Shown here piece by piece: positions 37,820 to 46,484 of a stretch of DNA of 64,000 nt. The stretch covers positions 1-64,000 of the IMG/VR virus record IMGVR_UViG_2843449061_000008. The stretch is one strand, 5' to 3'. Positions within the stretch are counted from its first letter, which is position 1. Each line of letters opens with the position of its first letter. The stretch is from a virus. Taxonomy: Duplodnaviria; Caudoviricetes. Made by a program: the position numbers and the translations under genes. Below the pieces are notes generated by a model. It ran no database searches, was not told where the DNA came from, and was given only the letters and a program-made list of their open reading frames with translations.

Positions 37820-38530
37820 ATGGCCCGTGAACGGCCCCAGACCAGCGCGAAGGAGTTCATCGACCGCTTCAACGCGCTGGGGATCGTCGGCGACGATGGC
37901 CAGCCGGTGACGGTGACGAAGGGCACCGTGTCCAAGCTGGTCAACGGGCAGGAGATGCCGCTGCTCGGCGTCACCTTCACCGTCACCATGCGCTGGCTGG
38001 CGGACAACACGGACCCGACGAAGCCGAAGTCGAAGCTGGGCACCGCGGCGCAGCGGTGGTTGAGCGGGCAGGGGCCAGTCCCAACCCCGCCGGTCCCGAA
38101 GACTCTGGGAGAGGCGCCAACGCGTCAGGCCGAAAAGCAGCCGACCGTGGTGGTGCTGCCGATGGAGGAAGGCGCTTCGGCCGGCGGCCGGAACACGACG
38201 GTCTCCGAGTCCCGGCGTGAAAAGGAACGGCTCGACGTCGAGCTGAAGAAGCGCGAACTCGCCAAGCATGACCGCGAGCACATCCCGCGGGCCGAGGTGG
38301 AGGTGGCGGTGGATGCCGCAATTACCGAGTTCCGCGGCCAGTTCGAGGGGTTCGCCGGGCTGCTGGCCCGTCAGGTCGCCGGAAAGACCGACACCGAGGC
38401 CTACACCCTGATCCAGGCTGAGGTTCGCCGGCTACTGGAGCGGTTGAGCACGAACCTGCGGAAGGCCGCGGTCGGGCTCGTCGAGGAGATGCACGACGGT
38501 GGGGCCGTCGATGAACCGGAAGGCGAGTGA
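37820..38530 (+). CDS. terS: Terminase small subunit (outer prophage)
   Basis: Nu1-like C-terminal helix (ESRREKERLDVELKK...IPRAEV); overlaps terL. Confidence 0.75.
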   Translation: MARERPQTSAKEFIDRFNALGIVGDDGQPVTVTKGTVSKLVNGQEMPLLGVTFTVTMRWLADNTDPTKPKSKLGTAAQRWLSGQGPVPTPPVPKTLGEAPTRQAEKQPTVVVLPMEEGASAGGRNTTVSESRREKERLDVELKKRELAKHDREHIPRAEVEVAVDAAITEFRGQFEGFAGLLARQVAGKTDTEAYTLIQAEVRRLLERLSTNLRKAAVGLVEEMHDGGAVDEPEGE

Positions 38531-40343
38531 CCTTCTCAACCGGATGGCGGCGGCTCTCGATCCGCCTCCGGAGATGGAACCCGACGAGTGGGCTGAGGAG
38601 AACATCGTCCTCCCCAAGAAGGAGGGGATGCCCGGCCCTTATCGGATGGCCCACACGCCGCAGTTCATCCCGTTCGTGCGCGCGTTCTGGGACCCGCGGT
38701 GGCGACGCATTGTCTTCGTCTGCGGCGCCCAGGAGGGGAAGTCCAGAGCCGTCCAGGCGGTGATCGGCAAGAAGCTGGACCATGAGCCGGCGCCGGTCAT
38801 CTATTACGGCCCGACCAAGACCTTCGTCGAGCGCACCATCGAGCCGCGCATCGTCGAGATGCTGAACTCCTCCAAGAGCCTGAAGGGCAAGACGCTCTGG
38901 GGGAAGAAGCAGAAGAAGACGCTGAAGATGGTCAGCGGTGCGCCGCTGATCCTGAGTTGGGCCAGTTCCGGTTCCGAGTTGGCCGGTCAGGAAGCCGCGT
39001 TGGTCTTCATCGACGAACGCGACCGCCTGGCCGACGACATCGACGGCGAGGGCGACCCGGTCGAGCAGGGCGAGGCGCGTATCGGCTCCTACGCCAACGG
39101 CAAGATCGGGATCATCTCGACGCCGAAGACCGGCGTCATCCGGAAGGAGCGGCATCCTGAAACGGGGCTGGAGCATTGGGCAATCGCCGACCTCAAGAAG
39201 GTCAACAGCCCAATCATCAAGCTCTGGTGGGAAGGTTCGCGCCACGAAATGGCGTGGCCCTGCCCAGAATGCGGCGACTACTTCATCCCGCACTCTGGAC
39301 TGCTGGATTGGGACGGAAAGGCTGACGGCACGGCGACGCCCGGCCAGGCGGCCCGCACGGTCAAGATGATCTGCGGATGCTGCGGGGTCCCGATCGCCGA
39401 GGCGCACAAGGAGCGGATGTGCGATCGCATGAGGCCGGTCGCGCCGGGGCAGCGGGTGGAGCCGGATGGAACGGTGGTGGGGCCTGACCCCGACACCGAT
39501 TGCTTCTCGATTTGGTCCAACGGGCTGATGTCCAAGTTTAAGTCCTGGGCCAAGCTGGTTCGGCGGTGGCTTTCCGCGCTGGCGTCCGGTGAGCCTGGGA
39601 AGGTGCAGGGCGTCGTCAACACGGGCTTCGGCGAACTGCACGCCGTCTCGGGCGACGCCCCGAAGCACTCCGCTGTCACGGACTGCAAGCTGCCCTACAA
39701 GCGGGGGCAGGTGCCCTACGGCGTCCAGCGGGTTGTTCTCACGGTCGACGTGCAGAAGCGCGGCGTCTATTGGGTGATGCGCGGGTGGGGCGCCCGGCGG
39801 GAATCCTGGCTGATCGACTACGGCTACCTGCCGGGCGAAACCGACGGCGCCGAGGTCTGGGACGAGCTGGAAGGCATCGTCCGGGCCGCTCTGCCCGGCA
39901 ACACAGGCGTCAACCTGCTGCTGATTGACTCCGGCTACCGGCCCGGCAAGCCGGCGGTGGTTCCGGAGAACGCCGTCTACGATTTCTGCCGGCGGTTCAG
40001 CCGCTCGTTCGCCCGGCCCATCAAGGGCGAGCGGTACCTGACCGGCAACAAGTGGTTCACCACCACGGACAACGACGTCGACAGCCGGGGCAGGGTGCGG
40101 AAATCCGCAGGCCTGATCCTGCACCGCCTCAACACGCACGAGTTCAAGAGCCGCGTGTTCGAGAAGATCACGCGGCGCAAGGAACTGGCTGGCGGCTGGC
40201 ATGTGCCGGAGGACGTCGACGACGCTTATGCCAAGCAGATCGTGTCGGAGACCTGCCGGTGGGTGGGTGGCAAGCCGATCTGGGACGAGTTGGGCGCCAA
40301 CCACTACCTCGACTGTGAGGTGGTCCAAGCGTCTCAGAGCTGA
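38511..40343 (+). CDS. terL: Terminase large subunit (GpA family), 5' part; truncated by the inserted element
   Basis: PDEWAEEN, GAQEGKS, IDERDR, ISTP, WPCPECG, LTVDVQ, LIDSG, IKG, NHYLDCE, then abrupt VVQASQS-stop. Confidence 0.93.
   Translation: MNRKASDLLNRMAAALDPPPEMEPDEWAEENIVLPKKEGMPGPYRMAHTPQFIPFVRAFWDPRWRRIVFVCGAQEGKSRAVQAVIGKKLDHEPAPVIYYGPTKTFVERTIEPRIVEMLNSSKSLKGKTLWGKKQKKTLKMVSGAPLILSWASSGSELAGQEAALVFIDERDRLADDIDGEGDPVEQGEARIGSYANGKIGIISTPKTGVIRKERHPETGLEHWAIADLKKVNSPIIKLWWEGSRHEMAWPCPECGDYFIPHSGLLDWDGKADGTATPGQAARTVKMICGCCGVPIAEAHKERMCDRMRPVAPGQRVEPDGTVVGPDPDTDCFSIWSNGLMSKFKSWAKLVRRWLSALASGEPGKVQGVVNTGFGELHAVSGDAPKHSAVTDCKLPYKRGQVPYGVQRVVLTVDVQKRGVYWVMRGWGARRESWLIDYGYLPGETDGAEVWDELEGIVRAALPGNTGVNLLLIDSGYRPGKPAVVPENAVYDFCRRFSRSFARPIKGERYLTGNKWFTTTDNDVDSRGRVRKSAGLILHRLNTHEFKSRVFEKITRRKELAGGWHVPEDVDDAYAKQIVSETCRWVGGKPIWDELGANHYLDCEVVQASQS
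40309..40315 (+). repeat. attL core TCGACTG
   Basis: Identical 7-mer at 57818..57824; surrounding 27 bp match at 20 of 27 positions. Confidence 0.85.
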
Positions 40344-40370
40344 AAATACCAATTTCAGAACAATGCATTA

Positions 40371-40402
40371 GGCCCTCTCGGACCCCTCCGGAGGGCCTTT
40401 GT
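40371..40402 (+). terminator. Possible hairpin terminator after the truncated terL
   Basis: GGCCCTC...GAGGGCC followed by TTTGT (weak U tract). Confidence 0.35.
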
Positions 40403-40448
40403 GGTCGGTAAAATCCACGTAACCGTCCGCGCCGATGATGCCGAATGG

Positions 40449-40516
40449 AATCAATGACTTAGGGCGCGGGCGCGGCAACGCCGCGACACATGAGTGACAC
40501 AAGGATGACGCAAGAG
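40449..40516 (+). promoter_or_regulatory. Left att arm: IHF consensus plus three arm-type repeats
   Basis: AATCAATGACTTA fits WATCAAN4TTR; GCGACACATGA, GTGACACAAGG, TGACGCAAGAG. Confidence 0.7.
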
Positions 40517-40533
40517 AAAGGAGCCATCCCACC

Positions 40534-40818
40534 ATGAATCGAGCCTCCAACACGCCGTCCGGCGGACAGATGCTTTACGGCTACAGAGCGATTGCCGGGC
40601 ATCTTGGACTAACCGAACGGCAGAGCAAGCACCTTGTCGAAACGGGCCGTCTGCGCTTCCCCGAAGACGGGGTGGAAGGGGACGTGTTCAAGGTCGGGCA
40701 TGTCGTCTGCGCCCTGGTCTCCAGCCTGGAACGATGGAAGGAGAGGGCGGCCCGCGGCGAGCTGAGCGCCGAGAAGGAACCCGGCCATGAGCACTCCCCT
40801 GAAGGCGAGGACGCCTAA
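40534..40818 (+). CDS. HTH protein, Xis/AlpA-like (satellite)
   Basis: LYGYRAIAGHLGLTERQSKHLVETGRL; GGAG RBS; first gene inside attL. Confidence 0.7.
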   Translation: MNRASNTPSGGQMLYGYRAIAGHLGLTERQSKHLVETGRLRFPEDGVEGDVFKVGHVVCALVSSLERWKERAARGELSAEKEPGHEHSPEGEDA

Positions 40819-40841
40819 CCCCTCCTCCCTGTAGGCCAGCC

Positions 40842-41327
40842 ATGACGCGCAAGCCCGCCAGCTTCAAGCACAAGGACGTGAACAGCCCGCCGGAACCGTT
40901 CGTGTGGATCTCGGCTGCGCTGCTTGTGTCCCCGGCATGGCGTGCGCGGTCGATCAACTGCGTGCGCTTGATCGAGTTCTTGCAGAAGGAGCACATGGCC
41001 CACGGCGGGAAGGAGAACGGCAACCTCGCGGCACCCTATGACCAGCTTCAGGCATGGGGGATCGGGCGGCGCCTGATCCGTCCGGCCATCGAGGAGGCGG
41101 AGACCCTGGGGCTAATTGCGGTGCGCCGGGGCGGGAAGCGCAACGCGGTGGAGGATCATGTCAGCCGCTACCGGTTGACCTTCTACCCATCCCGCATCGT
41201 GCCCACGGACGGGCTCCCGCATTGGGAAGCGCCGACCGATGAATGGAAGCGCATCACGCCCGAGATGGCCGAAGAAGCCACCTGCCGGGCCTCGTCGAAA
41301 ATTAGGGTCTCAGGTTCACCTTCGTGA
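40842..41327 (+). CDS. Putative winged-helix replication initiator (satellite)
   Basis: GNLAAPYDQLQAWGIGRRLIRPAIEEAETLGLI; iterons at its 3' end. Confidence 0.55.
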   Translation: MTRKPASFKHKDVNSPPEPFVWISAALLVSPAWRARSINCVRLIEFLQKEHMAHGGKENGNLAAPYDQLQAWGIGRRLIRPAIEEAETLGLIAVRRGGKRNAVEDHVSRYRLTFYPSRIVPTDGLPHWEAPTDEWKRITPEMAEEATCRASSKIRVSGSPS

Positions 41328-41433
41328 ACCGTCTCAGTTCACCTTCGTGAACTCCCTCAGTTCACCTTCGTGAACTTTTGGCGGGCGCAAACCCAGCAAA
41401 TCCGCCACCTGGGTAAAGTTCACCTTCGTGCAC
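41314..41433. repeat. Iteron-like repeats GTTCACCTTCGTGAAC x4 (last copy variant; putative origin)
   Basis: Copies at 41314, 41337, 41360 (23-bp period) and 41418. Confidence 0.8.
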
Positions 41434-41593
41434 TCCTTCTAATATCTTGGGTGTATCCCCCGAGAAATCGGCACCTGCCGATCACCATCACCACCACCCG
41501 CCGCCGACAGGCGGCGCACTCGGAACCGGCCCTGGTCCTGACGACCTCCGCCGCCGGCCCCGCCTTCATCCCTTCACACCGGAGACCTTCGCC

Positions 41594-41845
41594 ATGTCGA
41601 GTCCCGACACGGACAGCATCATCGCGACCATTCCGAAGAATGCGACGGAAGAGGTTCGCATCACCCTGACCAGCTACAACGGCCATCCGCTCGTTGATCT
41701 GCGGACCTTCGTTGAATACCGGACGACCGGTGAGTCCGGCCCGACCAAGAAGGGGCTGACGGTCGCTGTTGCGCTGCTCCCCGCCATCATCTCCGGCCTT
41801 CAGGATGCCGAGGCTGAAGCCCGCCGCCGGGGGCTGTTGCCATGA
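41594..41845 (+). CDS. PC4/YdbC-family ssDNA-binding protein
   Basis: KNATEEVRITL..YNG...VDLR.F...GPTKKGLT. Confidence 0.82.
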   Translation: MSSPDTDSIIATIPKNATEEVRITLTSYNGHPLVDLRTFVEYRTTGESGPTKKGLTVAVALLPAIISGLQDAEAEARRRGLLP

Positions 41846-42144
41846 CCCGCGATTCCATCATCGCCGCCCTGGTCAGTCGCAGCATGACGGCCAGCGCCGG
41901 CCCGGTGGAGAAGGCCGCCCGGTATCACGAAGTCGCCGCCGCGGTGAACGCCGCCGGACGCTACGCCGCACCGGCCCTGATGCTGGTGCAAGACGCTGAA
42001 GGCGACGTGCTGGCCGCTTTCGCCGCGCAGGTCGATGCGCTCCGCAGCACCGAGCCGAAGGCCAGCCCTGCACCCACTCCCGTCATCCGCCCGTCATCCT
42101 GGCGCCGGGAGATGGCGCGCGTCGTCAACCCGAGAGGATTGTGA
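41842..42144 (+). CDS. Hypothetical protein
   Basis: ATGA overlap with the previous gene. Confidence 0.6.
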   Translation: MTRDSIIAALVSRSMTASAGPVEKAARYHEVAAAVNAAGRYAAPALMLVQDAEGDVLAAFAAQVDALRSTEPKASPAPTPVIRPSSWRREMARVVNPRGL

Positions 42145-42145
42145 A

Positions 42146-42343
42146 ATGGACCGCATCGAAGCCCTGACTTTGCTCGCCGCCCCGCTGCTCCGCCAGCGCC
42201 GGCCCGTTCGGCTGTCTCGCATCAACGCCGGCTTGGTCGCCGCCGGTCATGCGGAGACCACGGTGGAGGAATTGGCAGCGCTGGCCCGGCCCGTGTTGGT
42301 CGCGGGCTGCACCGAGGAAGACGAGACTGAAGCGCTGGCGTGA
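42146..42343 (+). CDS. Small hypothetical protein
   Basis: GAGG RBS; operon packing. Confidence 0.5.
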   Translation: MDRIEALTLLAAPLLRQRRPVRLSRINAGLVAAGHAETTVEELAALARPVLVAGCTEEDETEALA

Positions 42344-42447
42344 CCGTGGAGGGGCTTGTCGGGTTCGCGGGCTATCTCCGGACCCTCGCGCGGCAGACCG
42401 CATCCACGGGCCTTCTGAGCTTTAGCTAAGGGCCATCGGGAAAGGCA

Positions 42448-42495
42448 CGGGTCCTTCCGGGGCGATTCTACCGGGGGTGGCCCCCGCCTCAGCAC
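42448..42495 (+). other. Putative cos site of the satellite
   Basis: GGGTCCT at 42449 in the intergenic gap just before terS. Confidence 0.6.
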
Positions 42496-42575
42496 CTCTC
42501 CAGGCACGAACCGTCCTTGGGGGTTCCTGATCCGCCTCCCGTCAGCAAATTTTCCTACCGACAAGGATCTTCGGA

Positions 42576-43064
42576 ATGGCGACACAAACCGAAGTCGGGA
42601 AGCATCTCGACCTGTCCGACCGCTCCGTGCGGGAGTTGCTGGAGCGGGGAGTCCTGCCGAACGCTGCCCGCGGCGCCCTCGACCTCGACTGGTGCCGAAC
42701 CTCCTACATCCGCCATCTGCGGGAAATGGCCGCGGGCCGGGCGACCGGGCCGGCCGGTGACGACCTGACCAGCGAACGCGCCCGACTGGCCCGCGAACAG
42801 GCGGACAACATCGCCCTGAAGAACGCGGCGCTGCGGAAGGAGCTGCTTCCACGCTCCGACATCACCCGCGCCGTGGTCGCGGCGTTCCAGATCGTGCGCG
42901 ACCGGCTGTCAGCCCTGCCGGCGCGGCTGGCTGGGCCGCTGGCCGCGACCACCGATCCGGCGGAAGTGCGCGGGCGGCTGAGCGACGCGGTGAACGGCGT
43001 GCTGGTGGAGCTGAGCGAAACGCGCGTTGTCGCCACCGTCGAGGAGCCGGCTGATGCGGCTTGA
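42576..43064 (+). CDS. terS: Terminase small subunit, Nu1-like (satellite)
   Basis: N-terminal HTH TQTEVGKHLDLSDRSVREL; LTSERARLAREQAD..ALKN. Confidence 0.9.
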   Translation: MATQTEVGKHLDLSDRSVRELLERGVLPNAARGALDLDWCRTSYIRHLREMAAGRATGPAGDDLTSERARLAREQADNIALKNAALRKELLPRSDITRAVVAAFQIVRDRLSALPARLAGPLAATTDPAEVRGRLSDAVNGVLVELSETRVVATVEEPADAA

Positions 43065-44949
43065 CCTTCCTGTGTCCGAGCTGGTGGCGGAAACGGCGAC
43101 TGGGTGGTTCCCGGCGCTGCGGCCGGCGCCGCGGTTGTCGCTGGCCGAATGGGCGGAGCAACACGCGCGCCTCTATGACGGTGGCGCCTTCAGGCCCTAC
43201 GCCTATCAACGGGCGATCCTCGACGCGATGACCGACCCGGCGGTGCGCCGAATCACGCTCATGAAGTCGGCGCGCGTCGGCTACACGCAAATGCTGTCGG
43301 CGGCGCTGGGCTACTTCGTTGCGCAGCGGCCTTCCAAGATCATGGTGGTTCAGCCCACCACCGAAGACGCCGAGGACTACAGCAAGGACACCATCGATCC
43401 CTTGGGCGAATGGCCGGTGCTGGCCGGGCTGCTGTCCGAGGTGAAGGCCAAGACCAAGGGCAACACCATCAAGCGCAAAGCCTTCCCCGGCGGTTCGCTG
43501 CGCATCACCGGGGCGAACAGCCCACGCGCCTTCCGCCGCATCGACCTCGACGTGCTGCTGTTCGACGAGGTGGATGGCTATCCGCCGATGGCCGGGAAGG
43601 AAGGTGACCAGATCGCGTTGGGCCTGAAGCGCCTGACGCAATCGCTGCATCCCTTGGCCGTGCTGGGGAGCACGCCGCTTCTCGACGGGGAAAGCAAGAT
43701 CGCGGACGCCTTCGCGGCCGGGACCATGGAGCGTTACCATTTGCCGTGTCCCTGCTGCGGGGAGCTGCAAGCGCTGGTGTGGGGCGACGGGACCGGGCCG
43801 GGCATGCGCTGGACGGACAACGACCCGGACACCGTGCATTACGTCTGCGTCAACGGGTGCCCCTTCGGCGAGGAACACAAGCTCGACCTGCTGGAGCGCG
43901 GGCGTTGGATCGGGGAGACGCCGCGCAAGGATCATCGCAGCTTTCACATCTGGAGCGCCTATAGCCCGCTGCCCGGCGCGGCGTGGCCCGAGCTGGTCAA
44001 AGAGTTCCTGGCCGCCAAGCGCGATCGGGAAAAGCTGCAAGTCTGGACCAACACCGTGTTGGGTGAGTGCTGGGTGGACCGTGGCGAGGCCCCGGAGTGG
44101 CGGCGGTTGTACGACCGGCGCGAGACCTGGGAGCCGGGCACCGTTCCGGCCGGCGGGCTTTTCCTGACGGTCGGCGCCGACGTGCAGCGCGACCGGATCG
44201 AGGTGAGCGTGTGGGCATGGGGCCGGGGCAAGGAGTCCTGGCTGATCGAGCATCGGGTGTTGCCGGGCGATCCGTTCCAGGCGGCTGTCTGGCGCGACCT
44301 GACTTCGCTGCTGGCGGAGACCTGGCGCCACGAAAGCGGCACCGACCTGTCGGTGATGATGACGGCCATTGACGCGGGCGACGGCGTGACGATGGAGGCG
44401 GTGAAGGCGTGGGTGCGCAACGCCGGCCCGCGCGTCATGGCGATCAAGGGCAGTTCGCTGGCGCTGGCGCCGATCCTGGGCCAGCCGTCCGCTGCGGACG
44501 TGAACTATGGCGGCCGGAAGATCGCGGGCGGGGTGAAGCTCTGGCCGGTGGGCACCAGCGCGGCGAAGTCCGAGTTCTACGGCTTCCTGCGCCTCGACCG
44601 CCCGACCGAGGAAAGCGGCGAGCCGTTCCCGGCCGGCTTCGTCCACATCCCGCAGCATGTCGGCGAAGAGACGGTGAAACAGCTCGTCGCGGAACATCGG
44701 GTGACCCGCGGCGGCAAGGGCCGGCGCAGCGTCACCAGTTGGGAAAAGCTGCGGGATCGGAACGAGGCCCTGGATTGCCGAAACTACGCCCGCGCGGCGG
44801 CGGCCCGGCAAGGGCTGGAGCGCATGAACGACCCGGCATGGTCGGAGCTGGAGCGGGCCTTGGGTGTGCCCCGTGATCCGGCTGTGCCGGTGGCCACAGC
44901 GGCGCCGACGGCGCGGCGGGTGTCCCGCTCGTCCTGGCTGTCGGAGTAG
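43054..44949 (+). CDS. terL: Terminase large subunit, GpA family (satellite), intact
   Basis: KSARVGYT, FDEVDGYP, GSTP, CPCCG, GADVQ, IDAGDG, IKG, RNEALDC. Confidence 0.95.
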   Translation: MRLDLPVSELVAETATGWFPALRPAPRLSLAEWAEQHARLYDGGAFRPYAYQRAILDAMTDPAVRRITLMKSARVGYTQMLSAALGYFVAQRPSKIMVVQPTTEDAEDYSKDTIDPLGEWPVLAGLLSEVKAKTKGNTIKRKAFPGGSLRITGANSPRAFRRIDLDVLLFDEVDGYPPMAGKEGDQIALGLKRLTQSLHPLAVLGSTPLLDGESKIADAFAAGTMERYHLPCPCCGELQALVWGDGTGPGMRWTDNDPDTVHYVCVNGCPFGEEHKLDLLERGRWIGETPRKDHRSFHIWSAYSPLPGAAWPELVKEFLAAKRDREKLQVWTNTVLGECWVDRGEAPEWRRLYDRRETWEPGTVPAGGLFLTVGADVQRDRIEVSVWAWGRGKESWLIEHRVLPGDPFQAAVWRDLTSLLAETWRHESGTDLSVMMTAIDAGDGVTMEAVKAWVRNAGPRVMAIKGSSLALAPILGQPSAADVNYGGRKIAGGVKLWPVGTSAAKSEFYGFLRLDRPTEESGEPFPAGFVHIPQHVGEETVKQLVAEHRVTRGGKGRRSVTSWEKLRDRNEALDCRNYARAAAARQGLERMNDPAWSELERALGVPRDPAVPVATAAPTARRVSRSSWLSE

Positions 44950-45038
44950 ACGGCCGGCCCCGGCGCCATCTCCGAAGTTGAACGAATCGGCCAACAGTCC
45001 TATGGTTAGGCAATTATACCCTATTGAGGATAATTGTC

Positions 45039-46484
45039 ATGCTGTCGGGACTGCGGCGGACCGTTGGGAACCTGTTGATCCGCAGCCTCGACGCGGCCGG
45101 AGCCGGCAAGCGCTGGGGAGCCAAGTCCCGCATGGTGAACCTGAACGCCGAGATGCTGGCCGGTGCGTCCATCGCGGCGCAGCGCGCGGCCTACTTCGCC
45201 CGCAACAACCCGAACGTCGCCGCCGCGGTGAATGCCCTGGTGAGCAATGCCGTGGGGACCGGGATCAAGCCGCGGTCCAAGCACCCCGATCCGGCGGTGC
45301 GCGATGCGCTGCACAGCTTGTGGGAGCGGTGGGAGCGGGTGGCCGATGCGTCGGGCCGGGCCGGCGGCTTCTACGCTCAACAGGCCCTGGCCGTGCGCGC
45401 AATGATCGAGGGTGGGGAATCCTTCGCCCGTCTCCGCGCCCGGCTGCCGGAAGACGGCTTGCCGGTGCCGCTTCAGGTGGAGCTTATCAGCCGGGACCAA
45501 GTTCCCTCGACGCAGTGGCAGGAAATCCGACCCGGCAACCCGGTTCGGGCCGGGATCGAGTTCGACACGCTGGGCCGGCGGGTGGCGTTCTGGGTTCTGC
45601 CCTTCAATCCCAATGACCCCACCATGCCGGTGCTGGCGCCGACCTGGGAGCCGAAGCGGGTTCCGGCGGAGGACATGTTGCACCTGTTCCGCGAGCTGGT
45701 GGAGAACCAGCTTCGGGGACTGTCCTGGCTGGCGCCGATCCTGCTGCGCGTGAAGGAGCTGGACCAGTACGAAGACGCCGCCCTGGTCCGCGCCAAGGTC
45801 GCGGCGATGCTGGCCGGCTTCATCATGAACAAGGACGACGCCAACCCGGCTTGGCAGCCGCCGGCCAACGCCGAGACGCCGACGCTGGAACCGGGTGTGC
45901 TGGTGCCGCTGAACCCCGGCGAGTCCGTCGAGTTCACCAACCCGCCCGACGACAAGAACTATGACCCGTTCACGAAGAACCACATGCGGGCCATCGCGGT
46001 GGGGATCGGGGCGACGTACTTCCAAGTCTCGGGCGACCTCAAAGACGCCAACTACTCCAGCCTGCGCGGCGGGCTGGTGGAGTTCCGCCGCAGTGTCGAG
46101 CAGCTCCAGCACCTCACGATCATCCCGCAACTCTGCGACCCGGTATGGCGCCGCTTCGTGACGCTGGCCGTGCTGTCCGGCGCCATCGACGCGCCGGACT
46201 TCTTCCGCGACCCCGAACCCTACCTGTCCGCTGAATGGCTGCCGCCGGCCTTCGATTGGGTGGACCCGCTGAAGGACGTGCGGGCCGAAGTCGAGGCCAT
46301 CGAGGCGAAGCTGAAAAGCCGGGCGCAGTCCGTCGCCGAACGCGGCTACGACGTCGAAACCCTGGACTCGCAGATCGCCGCGGACGTGCAGCGGGAACAG
46401 CGGCTTGGCCTGCCCACCACGGCGACGAAGGCCGCTGCGCCGACCCAGCCGGACGAACCCACGGAGCCCCCCGCCAATGGCTGA
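45039..46484 (+). CDS. Lambda-family portal protein (satellite)
   Basis: NAVGTGIKP, GIEFD..GRRVA.W, QLRGLSW, NYSSLR, WVDPLKD. Confidence 0.93.
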   Translation: MLSGLRRTVGNLLIRSLDAAGAGKRWGAKSRMVNLNAEMLAGASIAAQRAAYFARNNPNVAAAVNALVSNAVGTGIKPRSKHPDPAVRDALHSLWERWERVADASGRAGGFYAQQALAVRAMIEGGESFARLRARLPEDGLPVPLQVELISRDQVPSTQWQEIRPGNPVRAGIEFDTLGRRVAFWVLPFNPNDPTMPVLAPTWEPKRVPAEDMLHLFRELVENQLRGLSWLAPILLRVKELDQYEDAALVRAKVAAMLAGFIMNKDDANPAWQPPANAETPTLEPGVLVPLNPGESVEFTNPPDDKNYDPFTKNHMRAIAVGIGATYFQVSGDLKDANYSSLRGGLVEFRRSVEQLQHLTIIPQLCDPVWRRFVTLAVLSGAIDAPDFFRDPEPYLSAEWLPPAFDWVDPLKDVRAEVEAIEAKLKSRAQSVAERGYDVETLDSQIAADVQREQRLGLPTTATKAAAPTQPDEPTEPPANG

